A DNA stretch of 32,000 bases, from assembly GCF_002310835.1 (NCBI RefSeq), contig NZ_CP011041.1, positions 330,001-362,000 on the forward strand. The letters are read 5' to 3'. Below are positions 1-9,281 of the stretch, piece by piece. The number at the start of each line of letters is the position of its first letter. Position 1 is the stretch's first letter. This DNA comes from Pseudoalteromonas tetraodonis. Lineage in GTDB: Bacteria > Pseudomonadota > Gammaproteobacteria > Enterobacterales > Alteromonadaceae. A program made the position numbers and the translations under genes. The notes below the pieces were generated by a model. That model was not told the origin of the DNA. It did no database searches and worked only from the letters and a program-made list of their open reading frames with translations.

Positions 1-355
1 TCTAGACAAGAAAAAAGAAAACTTACAACAACGTATGCGTTTAATTGAAGAGTTACAAAGTAGCCGTAATTTAGGCACCCAAATAATGGATGAAGTGGCA
101 AAAATAGTGCCTGCAGGGGTTTATTTAACCAAGCTGGAGCGCAAAGGTAATCAAATTCATGTGTTAGGCAAAAGTGAGTCTAATAATCGTTTATCTACTA
201 TGCTCAGACAGGTACAAAGCTCTTACTTATTAGAGCGCCCGACTATGCAAGGTATTGTTGCCGGCGATCAATCTTCACGTTTACTCAGCGATTTTAATAT
301 GGAGTTTTACGTAAAACCATTTGGCAAAATAGGTGAGGTACGTAATGAACCTTGA
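1..355 (+). CDS. pilN: Type IV pilus inner-membrane assembly protein PilN, 5'-truncated by the window edge
   Basis: The frame is open from nt 2 (LDKKKENLQQRMRLIEELQ...) to the stop at 353-355. It lies directly upstream of pilO-pilP-pilQ in the canonical pilMNOPQ order. The coiled-coil-like start followed by a C-terminal periplasmic domain is typical of PilN. Confidence 0.8.
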   Translation, partial: LDKKKENLQQRMRLIEELQSSRNLGTQIMDEVAKIVPAGVYLTKLERKGNQIHVLGKSESNNRLSTMLRQVQSSYLLERPTMQGIVAGDQSSRLLSDFNMEFYVKPFGKIGEVRNEP

Positions 356-947
356 TTTTAAATCGTTTACAGAAATCGATTGGAATGAAATCGAGCTCGA
401 TAACATCGGTGAGTGGCCCGTTATTGTAAAAGCAATATGCGGAACTTTTGTAGCTTGTTTGGTGTTGTTTTTTAGCTACAGCTTATTAGTGTCGGATGAA
501 ATAGACAGCTACCACAATGCCGTTGCTAAGGAAATTGAGTTACGCACAACCTACCGAACTAAATATGCAGTTGCCAGTAAGCTTGATATTTATCGTGAGC
601 AAATGGTTGAGATGGAAGATAAATTCTCTCAATTATTAAAACGCCTACCTACTTCAAATGAGACGCCAGGATTATTGGACGACCTTTCTTATGTGGGTAC
701 AACCAGCGGGTTAACATTTTTAAAAATTGGTTGGTTGCCAGAAGTTGAAAAAGAGTTTTATACCGAGTTGCCAATTAAAATTGAAGTGGTAGGTACTTAT
801 CATGAGTTTGGCGAATTTGTAGGGAAAGTGGCTCAACTACCAAGAATTGTCAGTTTACATGACTTTTCTATTTTATCATCTGGCGAAAAGCAGCTAACAT
901 TCAGTGTAGTAGCAAAAACTTACCGTTATGAAGAGGGGGTGAGATGA
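345..947 (+). CDS. pilO: Type IV pilus assembly protein PilO
   Basis: The protein has one N-terminal TM helix (WPVIVKAICGTFVACLVLFFSY), a coiled-coil and an alpha/beta domain. It sits between pilN and pilP. The ATG at 345 is preceded by AGGTGAGG (331-338) and is preferred over the in-frame GTG at 333. The gene overlaps the pilN stop. Confidence 0.85.
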   Translation: MNLDFKSFTEIDWNEIELDNIGEWPVIVKAICGTFVACLVLFFSYSLLVSDEIDSYHNAVAKEIELRTTYRTKYAVASKLDIYREQMVEMEDKFSQLLKRLPTSNETPGLLDDLSYVGTTSGLTFLKIGWLPEVEKEFYTELPIKIEVVGTYHEFGEFVGKVAQLPRIVSLHDFSILSSGEKQLTFSVVAKTYRYEEGVR

Positions 948-1483
948 TGAAGCAGCTTCTCTTTTTAACCACTGCGATGTTTTTGCTCAGTGGCTGTAAC
1001 GAGGATACATCGGAGCAAAAAGAATTTATTGATCAGGTTAAGGCAAATACCACGGCACGTATTGAAAAAATACCTGAGCTAGTTAAGTTTGAGCACTTTG
1101 AGTATAACGCCAAAGACTTACGTAGTCCTTTTGTAGCGCCAGAACCAGAAATTATTCAAAACAAGCTAACACAAGTTAAAAACTGTCTTCACCCAGATCC
1201 AGAGCGTGTTCGTCAGCCACTGGAGAAGTACCCATTAGATAATTTAGCAATGAGGGGCACAATAGGATCGAACGGCAAAACATGGGCGCTCATTACAGCT
1301 GCTGATGACACCTTGCACCGAGTAACAATAGGAAGCTATTTAGGCACCTATGACGGAAAAGTAAGCAGTGTTAATAGTGACTATATTGAATTAGTAGAAT
1401 TAATCCCTGATGGGTCAGGTTGTTGGAAAGAACGTTTGACCAAATTAGAAATGTTAGAGGCGGCAACCAATGGCGCAAATTAA
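944..1483 (+). CDS. pilP: Type IV pilus assembly lipoprotein PilP
   Basis: It has a lipoprotein signal peptide with a lipobox (FLLSGC). Its size (~179 aa) and position between pilO and pilQ fit PilP. The start overlaps the pilO stop (ATGATGA) and is preceded by GGGGGTGAG. Confidence 0.85.
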   Translation: MMKQLLFLTTAMFLLSGCNEDTSEQKEFIDQVKANTTARIEKIPELVKFEHFEYNAKDLRSPFVAPEPEIIQNKLTQVKNCLHPDPERVRQPLEKYPLDNLAMRGTIGSNGKTWALITAADDTLHRVTIGSYLGTYDGKVSSVNSDYIELVELIPDGSGCWKERLTKLEMLEAATNGAN

Positions 1484-3560
1484 TAAGAAAAAAGGTATAC
1501 CCTATATGCACAAAGGTGAGTGTTCGCATCATCGTATTTTATCTGCTTTATTGTTTGTTTTTTTACTACTAATGACAAAAGCCGTAAGTGCAGCCCCTTT
1601 ACTCTATGACGTTCGATATAATCCATTGCTTAAAGGTGAAACCGAATTACAGCTAGTTTTTGATGAAGAGTTGCAGCAGCAACCAGCAGTACAAGTTTTT
1701 AATAGCCCTGCAAGAATAGAGCTACTATTTGATGGGGTAGAATTAGATGAAGGGTTGACGAATATCGCTATCAACCAAGCTGGTATCAGTAACATCACGA
1801 GTATGATGACCAGTGCGGGTTTAAAAGTGACCATTAACTTGGACCGATTAAAAATTTATGAGACTGAAGTAAACAATAATTTAGTTTCTATTAGAATTTC
1901 TGATAACCCACTCACAGAGCAAATTTTAACAACCAGCGAAGATAAGCCTGCTTACACGTCTAATTATATTAACGGTATTCAAGCAATTGACTTTCGACGT
2001 GGAGAAAAAGGTGAAGCGAAAGTACTTGTTTATCTACAAGATACTCAGGCAGCTGTAGAGGTTCATGAAAGCGGTGGAAAAATCATTGCCGAGTTTCATC
2101 ATACCGATATTTTAGATGATTTATTGTATGAATTAGATGTACTTGATTTTGGTACTGTGGTGAGCAGTATTGAAACGTTTAAAGAAGATAACCTTACACG
2201 TTTAGTGATTGAACCAAACACTGCATTTGCCTATACCTATCAGCAAATTGAGAATATTTTTACCTTAACGGTTGAGAAAGATGAAACGCAAAATGCCTAC
2301 TTAGATGGGGGTAAAGAGTACTTGGGTCGTCCTATGACGCTTAATTTTCAAGATATCTCTGTTCGTGCTGTGTTACAGATTATTGCCGGTTACAATGATT
2401 TTAACTTGGTAACAAGCGACTCAGTGACAGGCAATATTACTCTTCGCCTTGATGGGGTTCCGTGGGATCAGGCGTTAGATGTCGTGCTTAGAATAAAAGG
2501 CTTAGACAAACGCATGGACGGTTCTATTTTAATGGTTGCACCATCTGAAGAGCTGGCTGCCCGTGAAGCAAAAGAGTTAAAAGCTAAACAGCAAGTTGAG
2601 GATTTAGAGCCACTTTACAGTGAATACATCCGCTTAAATTATGCAAAAGCAGAAGATTTTGCCGACTTATTAAAAACAGATACCAACAGTATTATTACAG
2701 CCAGAGGGAGCGTGTCTGTTGATCAACGTACTAATACGTTATTAATGAAAGACACTGCAAAAAGTATTGAAAGTGTTCGTCGTATGGTCGAAACTTTAGA
2801 TATACCGGTTAAACAAGTGGTTATTGAAGCGCGTATGGTAACCGTACGTGACAACGTAACTGAAGACTTGGGGGTACGTTGGGGGTTTAGTGATCAGCAA
2901 GGCTCAGACGGTGTTTCTGGCACATTAGAAGGAGCTGAAACGATTTCTAATGGTAATATCCCTAGTCTTTCTGATCGACTTAACGTTAATTTACCAGTGG
3001 CGAATCCATCGGCGAGTATAGGTATGCACATTGCTAAATTGGCTAACGGAACATTAATTGATTTAGAATTAACCGCCCTTGAAGAAGAAAACAAAGGTGA
3101 AATCATTGCAAGCCCACGCATTACTGCTGCTAATCAGCAAAAAGCGCGTATTGAGCAAGGTACTGAGATCCCTTATGTGGAGTCAGCTTCAAGTGGTGCA
3201 ACAACCGTAAGTTTTAAAAAGGCGGTACTAAGCCTAGAAGTGACACCTCATATCACACCCGATAACAAAGTTATTTTAAATTTAATCATTACTCAAGATA
3301 CCCGAGGGGATACGGTTCAAACAGGTACAGGCCCAGCGGTTGCCATCGATACGCAACAAATTGAGACTCAAGTACTCGTTGAGAATGGACAAACGGTAGT
3401 GTTGGGTGGTATTTTCCAACAGCAAATTATTAATTCGACCAAAAAAGTACCTTTATTGGGCGACCTTCCTTACGTAGGAAGACTATTTAAAAGCACAAGC
3501 GAGTTCAATGAAAAGCGCGAACTGCTGATTTTTGTCACACCTAAAATCCAAATAGACTAA
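1470..3560 (+). CDS. pilQ: Type IV pilus secretin PilQ
   Basis: The 696-aa protein has a signal peptide, N-terminal AMIN-like region, N0/N1 domains and a C-terminal secretin domain (VLVENGQTVVLGGIF...VPLLGDLPYVGRLFK...ELLIFVTPKI). The start is ambiguous between 1470 and the ATG at 1506. Confidence 0.95.
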   Translation: MAQINKKKGIPYMHKGECSHHRILSALLFVFLLLMTKAVSAAPLLYDVRYNPLLKGETELQLVFDEELQQQPAVQVFNSPARIELLFDGVELDEGLTNIAINQAGISNITSMMTSAGLKVTINLDRLKIYETEVNNNLVSIRISDNPLTEQILTTSEDKPAYTSNYINGIQAIDFRRGEKGEAKVLVYLQDTQAAVEVHESGGKIIAEFHHTDILDDLLYELDVLDFGTVVSSIETFKEDNLTRLVIEPNTAFAYTYQQIENIFTLTVEKDETQNAYLDGGKEYLGRPMTLNFQDISVRAVLQIIAGYNDFNLVTSDSVTGNITLRLDGVPWDQALDVVLRIKGLDKRMDGSILMVAPSEELAAREAKELKAKQQVEDLEPLYSEYIRLNYAKAEDFADLLKTDTNSIITARGSVSVDQRTNTLLMKDTAKSIESVRRMVETLDIPVKQVVIEARMVTVRDNVTEDLGVRWGFSDQQGSDGVSGTLEGAETISNGNIPSLSDRLNVNLPVANPSASIGMHIAKLANGTLIDLELTALEEENKGEIIASPRITAANQQKARIEQGTEIPYVESASSGATTVSFKKAVLSLEVTPHITPDNKVILNLIITQDTRGDTVQTGTGPAVAIDTQQIETQVLVENGQTVVLGGIFQQQIINSTKKVPLLGDLPYVGRLFKSTSEFNEKRELLIFVTPKIQID

Positions 3561-3568
3561 ATATTTAA

Positions 3569-3599
3569 GCTATCTAGGTTGAATACCAGCTTAGATAGT
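3569..3599 (+). terminator. Imperfect hairpin just after pilQ, a possible weak terminator or RNA-stabilising stem
   Basis: Positions 3569-3580 can pair with 3588-3599 (core ctatcta/tagatag plus G:U pairs) around a 7-nt loop. No T-tract follows, so intrinsic termination is uncertain. Confidence 0.3.
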
Positions 3600-3901
3600 A
3601 TGGGTATGTAATTTAGTTATCGTGGTGTGAACACTCCCTATAAATGTACAATAAGACAGTATATAATTTTGATCATGTACTGTACTGCGGATGTATTTAA
3701 GGCTGCGTTTATGTTGTTTGTAATTCAGGCTCTTGTAAAGTTACCATGCAAAAGCTTTCATGAAGCAACAATGTAGTAACCTTAATTGCATAAATTTTAA
3801 CCCTAGAAGATAAACTTGCCTATAATAAGGTGCTTTTTTGTTAACCAGTGGGTAATTATTTAGTTTAATTGCTCGTTATATGGCTTTTTATCCTAATTGA
3901 C

Positions 3902-3931
3902 TTGAAATACCCGACCGATTACTGAGATAAT
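3902..3931 (+). promoter_or_regulatory. Candidate sigma70 promoter for aroK-aroB-damX-dam
   Basis: TTGAAA (3902-3907), an 18-bp spacer, then GATAAT (3926-3931) preceded by TG at 3923-3924 (extended -10-like). It lies ~75 nt upstream of the aroK ATG inside a 447-bp intergenic region. This is a pattern match only. Confidence 0.35.
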
Positions 3932-4007
3932 CCCTTTCTTAATTTTGGGGCCAGGTCGTTAGGCGGGGTTTTATTTCAAATTTTAGAGTTCGTTTGTACT
4001 AAAAGAT

Positions 4008-4526
4008 ATGGCTGAGAAACGTAATATATTTCTAGTTGGCCCCATGGGGGCTGGCAAAAGCACGATTGGTCGTCACATTGCTGACCAATTACACCTTGAA
4101 TTTGTTGATTCTGATCAAGAAATCGAACGTCGCACGGGCGCAGATATTGCCTGGGTATTCGATCTTGAAGGTGAAGAAGGCTTTAGACTTCGTGAAGAAT
4201 CTGTTATTGGTGACTTAACCGAAATGCAAGGTATTGTACTTGCAACCGGTGGTGGCTCAGTAATGAGTAAAGAAGTTCGAAACAAGCTTTCGGCTCGCGG
4301 TATTGTTGTATACTTAGAGACACCGATTGAAAAGCAAGTTGCACGTACGCAACGCGACAAGCGTCGCCCATTACTGCAAACAGAAGAAGCACCTCGTGAT
4401 GTACTTGAGCGCTTAGCAGAAGAGCGTGAACCATTATATAAAGAAGTAGCTGATTTTGTTGTACGCACTGATGAGCAGAGCGCGAAAGTTGTTGCTAACC
4501 AAATCATCGAGAAATTGGATTTTTAA
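4008..4526 (+). CDS. aroK: Shikimate kinase I
   Basis: [22 protein letters not shown]... and ...[13 protein letters not shown] are near-identical to my recollection of E. coli AroK. It has a Walker A motif, is 172 aa long and is followed by aroB. Confidence 0.97.
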   Translation: MAEKRNIFLVGPMGAGKSTIGRHIADQLHLEFVDSDQEIERRTGADIAWVFDLEGEEGFRLREESVIGDLTEMQGIVLATGGGSVMSKEVRNKLSARGIVVYLETPIEKQVARTQRDKRRPLLQTEEAPRDVLERLAEEREPLYKEVADFVVRTDEQSAKVVANQIIEKLDF

Positions 4527-4555
4527 AAGCCAGTATTAAAAAGGACTAACCCAGC

Positions 4556-5626
4556 ATGCTTGAATTAACTGTTAATTTAGACGAGCGAAGTTATCCTATT
4601 TATATTGGCCAATCTGCACTTCAAGATACAGGCCGTCTAATCCATCACATTGGTGATTGTCGGCCTATCATCATTACTAATGAAACGATTGCACCGCTGT
4701 ACCTTCAACAGTTGCTTGATTCATTAGCACAGCTAAACCCACTGCATTTTATTATTCCAGATGGTGAGCAATATAAATCACTCACTTGGTTTGAAAAAAT
4801 TTCGGCATTCCTACTTGAGAATAATTGCGGCCGTGACACCTGCTTAATTGCATTAGGTGGTGGCGTTGTAGGTGATTTAACTGGATTTGTTGCTGCTTGT
4901 TATCAGCGTGGCGTCCCTTTTATCCAAATACCAACCACTTTATTATCTCAAGTTGATTCTTCAGTTGGCGGCAAAACAGCGGTTAATCACCCGCTAGGTA
5001 AAAATATGATTGGGGCTTTTTATCAACCCCAAGCTGTATTTATTGACACACGTTCGTTGCATACCTTACCAACACGCGAGTTTGCTGCAGGCATGGCTGA
5101 AGTTATTAAGTATGGCTTGATTTACGATACTGAACTGTTTGCTTATCTAGAGCATAACATCGCTAAATTACAACAATTAGACGAGACGTGTTTACAGCAC
5201 ATCATCTTCAGATGCTGTGAAATTAAAGCGCTCATTGTTGCACAAGATGAAAAAGAGCAGGGCCTTCGTGCGTTGTTAAATTTAGGGCACACGTTTGCGC
5301 ATGCTATTGAAGCACAAATGGGTTACGGTGTTTGGTTACATGGAGAAGCAGTCGCAACAGGTATGGTGCTTGCTGCAAAGCTTGCTTATACTCGCCAAGA
5401 TTTAACACGAGAAGATGTAGAGCGTATTGCTGCATTAATAGCGCAATATAGCTTACCAATCGAGATACCTAGCGATATGACCAGTGAGCACTTTTTACTG
5501 CATATGCGAAAAGATAAAAAGAATAAAAAAGGGACTATCCGATTCATTTTACCCACCGAATTTGGTCAATGTGCATTAGTTGATGATGTGTCTGATGATC
5601 AAGTCAGAGCATTGATCGAGCAATAA
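4556..5626 (+). CDS. aroB: 3-dehydroquinate synthase
   Basis: It carries the GGGVVGDLTGFVAA nucleotide-binding motif, a DSSVGGKTAVNHP motif and metal ligands (HTFAHAIE...LHGEAVA). It is 356 aa and shows aroK-aroB synteny. Confidence 0.96.
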   Translation: MLELTVNLDERSYPIYIGQSALQDTGRLIHHIGDCRPIIITNETIAPLYLQQLLDSLAQLNPLHFIIPDGEQYKSLTWFEKISAFLLENNCGRDTCLIALGGGVVGDLTGFVAACYQRGVPFIQIPTTLLSQVDSSVGGKTAVNHPLGKNMIGAFYQPQAVFIDTRSLHTLPTREFAAGMAEVIKYGLIYDTELFAYLEHNIAKLQQLDETCLQHIIFRCCEIKALIVAQDEKEQGLRALLNLGHTFAHAIEAQMGYGVWLHGEAVATGMVLAAKLAYTRQDLTREDVERIAALIAQYSLPIEIPSDMTSEHFLLHMRKDKKNKKGTIRFILPTEFGQCALVDDVSDDQVRALIEQ

Positions 5627-6943
5627 ATGCAGTCACAAATTTTACCGAGCCGTGCGGCTTTGGTGGATAGAATCGCATTGCAATTTGAATATGGTCAAAA
5701 CCTAATTGTTTTGTTGGGCACTTCTGGTTTAGGTAAAAGCTATTTGCTTGAAACCTTCATCACTGATAAATATAACGATTTTAATAAAGCGTTTGTGCAA
5801 GTTGGCGCTCAAATGACTGATGTGCAATTGATGACTCAATTATTAGAGCAAAGCTTTAATGCCCCTTTAATTGATCACAACCTGAGCTTATCACAAAACT
5901 ATTATCAATTAGCGAAGCAACAACAATGCGGCGCGTGTTTATGGGTTATCGATGGCGGCAGGCACCTATCTGAAGAACTAATTGCAGAGCTCGAGCTGTT
6001 ATCAAAAAGTGCGCCCAATGTGCTTTACATTATGATTGCATCGCAATCTAAATTGCCGTTTAAAGAGGCAGTTAATATTCATTTAGAGCCATTAAACTTG
6101 GTTGAAAGTAAGCAGCTAATGGGATGGTACTTCACGGCGCTACCTTATTATGAAGACCCTGTATTTAAAACCTTTTTAGTTGAAGCCCAAGGTAACCCAA
6201 GTCTTTTATTAGCCTGGCAGCCTAGCGAACAAGTTGCTGATATTATCGTAAAAGACAAAGTATCTTGGCGCTTACAGTTGCTCACACTATTACTCATAAT
6301 TATGTTATTGATTATTGGCGTTGTATACAAAGCTGATATGACCCAATGGTGGAAAAATGCTAATAGTCAAAGCGATGAGCAAGTCCTCACAACCGCTATT
6401 ACAACCGAGCAAGCTATTCAAAATAAACAACAACCGGTTAAATCACCAACCCTGTTTACTTCGCCACAGCCTATAACTAAAGAGCCAACTACAGATGAGA
6501 GTGCCCACAATGACGTGCCAGCAATTGTAGGAAGTTTAACTGAGCCATCGACTTTAACTGAACAAGAAAAGCCAGCACCGCCGCCGGTTGAAGAAGCGAT
6601 TAGCGTACCTGAGGTGGTAAAGCAGCAAAGCCAAATAGTAAAAATACCCAGTAACTGGTACCTAGAACAACCTGAAGATAATTTTGTTATTCAGCTATTA
6701 GCCGTAACTCAGCAGCAGGTAGGCAATGAGTTTATTGCTGAACATAAGCTAGAAAGTATTACTAATACATACCAAACTAAACGAAATGGTAAAATGTGGT
6801 GGGTGGTAACAACAGGCAGTTTTGCTAACTTAAATGAGGCAAAACAAGCACTGCAAGCACTCCCTGCTGGAGTAAGAAAAAATAAACCTTTCTATAAAAA
6901 AATTAGCAAAATAAAACAAGAAATTGCACGAGTTGATCAGTAA
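5627..6943 (+). CDS. damX: DamX-like cell-division protein: N-terminal P-loop domain, one TM helix, Pro/Gln-rich linker, C-terminal SPOR domain
   Basis: It lies between aroB and dam as in enterobacteria and vibrios. It has a Walker A motif GTSGLGKS (nt 5717-5740), a TM helix LQLLTLLLIIMLLIIGVVY and a low-complexity linker. The C-terminal SPOR-like fold reads FVIQLLAV...WWVVTTGSFANLNEAKQALQALP. The start abuts the aroB stop (TAAATG). Confidence 0.8.
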   Translation: MQSQILPSRAALVDRIALQFEYGQNLIVLLGTSGLGKSYLLETFITDKYNDFNKAFVQVGAQMTDVQLMTQLLEQSFNAPLIDHNLSLSQNYYQLAKQQQCGACLWVIDGGRHLSEELIAELELLSKSAPNVLYIMIASQSKLPFKEAVNIHLEPLNLVESKQLMGWYFTALPYYEDPVFKTFLVEAQGNPSLLLAWQPSEQVADIIVKDKVSWRLQLLTLLLIIMLLIIGVVYKADMTQWWKNANSQSDEQVLTTAITTEQAIQNKQQPVKSPTLFTSPQPITKEPTTDESAHNDVPAIVGSLTEPSTLTEQEKPAPPPVEEAISVPEVVKQQSQIVKIPSNWYLEQPEDNFVIQLLAVTQQQVGNEFIAEHKLESITNTYQTKRNGKMWWVVTTGSFANLNEAKQALQALPAGVRKNKPFYKKISKIKQEIARVDQ

Positions 6944-6996
6944 ACTCAGTGACTTTAGTGTAAAATCGCGCAACACCGAATTGAAGTAAAGAGCCA

Positions 6997-7848
6997 ATGC
7001 AGCAAAAGAGTAGAGCCTTCCTTAAATGGGCTGGCGGAAAATACAGCCTCGTTGAAGATATTAACGCGCGACTAAATCAAGCAAGTAAACATGCAGATAC
7101 CTTGGTTGAACCTTTTGTTGGTGCGGGCTCAGTGTTTTTAAATAGTAATTTTAAACACTATGTACTTAACGATATAAATGCTGATTTAATCAATTTATAT
7201 AAAGAGCTTAAACGTTCGCCGGATGAGTTTATTAGCGATGCAAAAAAACTATTTGTTGATTTAAATAACCATCCAGATGCGTATTACGATTATCGTGTGC
7301 AGTTTAACCAAAGCAGCGATGTGTATGAGCGAGCTATTTTATTTTTATATATGAACCGCCATGGTTATAACGGATTATGTCGATATAACTTAAAGGGCAT
7401 TTTTAATGTGCCTTTTGGTAAATATAAAAAGCCTTATTTTCCTGAAAAAGAAATGTACTTTTTTGCCAACAAAGCACAAAAAGCAACATTTACCTGCTTA
7501 GGCTACGATGATGTATTTAAACTGGTCCCTAAAAATGCGGTGATATACTGCGATCCGCCCTATGTGCCATTAAGTAAAACCGCATCGTTTACCTCTTACG
7601 CTAAAGGCGGATTTAATTTAGATGATCAGGCTAATTTAGCTAACTTGGCTGAGCAAGCGGCATTTGAGAATAACACGCCAGTCCTTATTTCAAACCACGA
7701 TACCGTGTGGACACGCAAAATTTACAGTCAAGCATCACTGGATAAAATTCAGGTTAAACGTACGATTAGTCCAAAGGGCGGTTCACGAAATAAAGTGGAT
7801 GAGCTAATGGCTATGTATTTAGCACCGAAGTCACGGTTGCATAAATAG
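6997..7848 (+). CDS. dam: DNA adenine (GATC) methyltransferase Dam
   Basis: FLKWAGGK, EPFVGAGSVF (the SAM-binding FxGxG motif) and the DPPY catalytic motif (YCDPPYVPL) are present. The protein is 283 aa and follows damX. Confidence 0.96.
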   Translation: MQQKSRAFLKWAGGKYSLVEDINARLNQASKHADTLVEPFVGAGSVFLNSNFKHYVLNDINADLINLYKELKRSPDEFISDAKKLFVDLNNHPDAYYDYRVQFNQSSDVYERAILFLYMNRHGYNGLCRYNLKGIFNVPFGKYKKPYFPEKEMYFFANKAQKATFTCLGYDDVFKLVPKNAVIYCDPPYVPLSKTASFTSYAKGGFNLDDQANLANLAEQAAFENNTPVLISNHDTVWTRKIYSQASLDKIQVKRTISPKGGSRNKVDELMAMYLAPKSRLHK

Positions 7849-7996
7849 CCAGTACAAATAATACAAACAGTACTACGGCAATAGCTATTAGCGTAATTGG
7901 AGAGTGTTGCTTAAAGTCTGTTTTGCGCTTATCTTCAGATTGAACACCAAAAAATGCAGCCAGTACGCTTTGTAACGCGCTAAAAAAGTGCTGCAT
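7811..7996 (-). CDS. Small membrane protein, DUF2970-like
   Basis: The 61-aa protein has the N-terminal motif SVLAAFFGVQS...R..DF followed by one hydrophobic helix (ITLIAIAVVLFVLFVLAIY). It starts 4 nt after the stop of the upstream minus-strand ORF. Its 3' end overlaps the dam 3' end by 38 nt in a convergent arrangement. The family assignment is from memory. Confidence 0.55.
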   Translation of the reverse strand: MQHFFSALQSVLAAFFGVQSEDKRKTDFKQHSPITLIAIAVVLFVLFVLAIYATVTSVLNT

Positions 7997-8000
7997 TTAA

Positions 8001-8300
8001 TTAAAATAATGGCTTGATTGAAGAGGGCTTGTGTTTGTCATCAGTACCCGTTAACAACTCTAGCAAGTCTAAGTAATGAAACTGAGCGCTACGACTATCG
8101 CCTGTTAACCAAGAGGCCCAAGACGAATCTTCTTCAATTTGAATGCAACGGGTTGCGCTATTATTAATAGCGTTGGTTTGCTCTTTATGAAGACAAATGT
8201 TGGCTGAGCCTAAATCTTGCTCAGTATTTGAGCAAAGCGATGTTGCTCCAATAATAACACTTACCGACGTGATTAATAATCCAATTTTAAAAGCACGCAT
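8001..8300 (-). CDS. Hypothetical small exported protein
   Basis: The 99-aa protein has a hydrophobic N-terminus (MRAFKIGLLITSVSVIIGATSLC), three Cys residues and an acidic C-terminal part. An AGG lies ~8 nt upstream of the ATG. It forms a tandem pair with the DUF2970-like ORF. I recognise no family. Confidence 0.45.
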   Translation of the reverse strand: MRAFKIGLLITSVSVIIGATSLCSNTEQDLGSANICLHKEQTNAINNSATRCIQIEEDSSWASWLTGDSRSAQFHYLDLLELLTGTDDKHKPSSIKPLF

Positions 8301-8597
8301 AATATAAACCTAATAATTTAGTTCTTTGCCCAGCATAACAAAAACTGCTTAAATAATACACTTTATTTTTGTTATTGTTTATTTGTATTGTGTTTTAAAT
8401 ACTGAGTGGCCCCCGCTTAAAAACTGATTCTTTTTTTAATTATAAAGCCTACATCCTCAGCAGGTTATTCTTTTTCATGAATAGCCACAATAAGGCTTTA
8501 ACATTACTTATTTGGCGCTATTTTTAAAGGTGCTACTTGGGTAACTTCGCTAATTAAGTTACATTAACGGCATAAATTATTCATTAACGGATTAGCG

Positions 8598-9281
8598 ATG
8601 CTCAACTGTGAACAAAAATACTTAATAGCGCCCTCAATATTATCTGCAGACTTTGCACGATTAGGCGAAGATGTCGACAAAGTGTTAGCCGCAGGTGCTG
8701 ATGTCGTTCATTTTGATGTAATGGATAACCATTATGTACCTAACTTAACGATTGGCCCAATGGTATGTAAAGCACTTCGCGACTACGGGATTAAAGCCCC
8801 GATTGATGTGCATTTAATGGTAAAACCGGTAGATAGTTTAATCCCACAATTTGCCAAGGCGGGTGCATCAATTATTACCTTTCACCCAGAGGCGAGCGAG
8901 CATATTGACCGTACTTTGCAATTGATAAAAGATGAAGGTTGCCAAGCAGGCTTAGTGTTCAACCCTGCAACGAGTTTAAGTTACCTCGATCACGTAATGG
9001 ATAAAGTAGATGTGATCTTATTAATGTCAGTAAATCCTGGGTTTGGTGGGCAAAGTTTTATTCCACAAACACTCGAGAAACTGCGAGAGGCAAAACAACG
9101 CATTGTTGAATCTGGACGTGATATTCGTTTAGAAGTAGATGGCGGTATTAAAGTAGATAACATAGCAGCGGCGGCTGAAGCGGGTGCAGATATGTTTGTT
9201 GCAGGCTCAGCTATTTTTAATCAGGCTGATTATAAAACGGTGATTGATGAGATGCGTCAGCAATTAGAAAGTGTTGAATAA
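8598..9281 (+). CDS. rpe: Ribulose-phosphate 3-epimerase
   Basis: [40 protein letters not shown] and EVDGGI motifs are present. The protein is 227 aa and shows rpe-gph-trpS synteny. Confidence 0.96.
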   Translation: MLNCEQKYLIAPSILSADFARLGEDVDKVLAAGADVVHFDVMDNHYVPNLTIGPMVCKALRDYGIKAPIDVHLMVKPVDSLIPQFAKAGASIITFHPEASEHIDRTLQLIKDEGCQAGLVFNPATSLSYLDHVMDKVDVILLMSVNPGFGGQSFIPQTLEKLREAKQRIVESGRDIRLEVDGGIKVDNIAAAAEAGADMFVAGSAIFNQADYKTVIDEMRQQLESVE

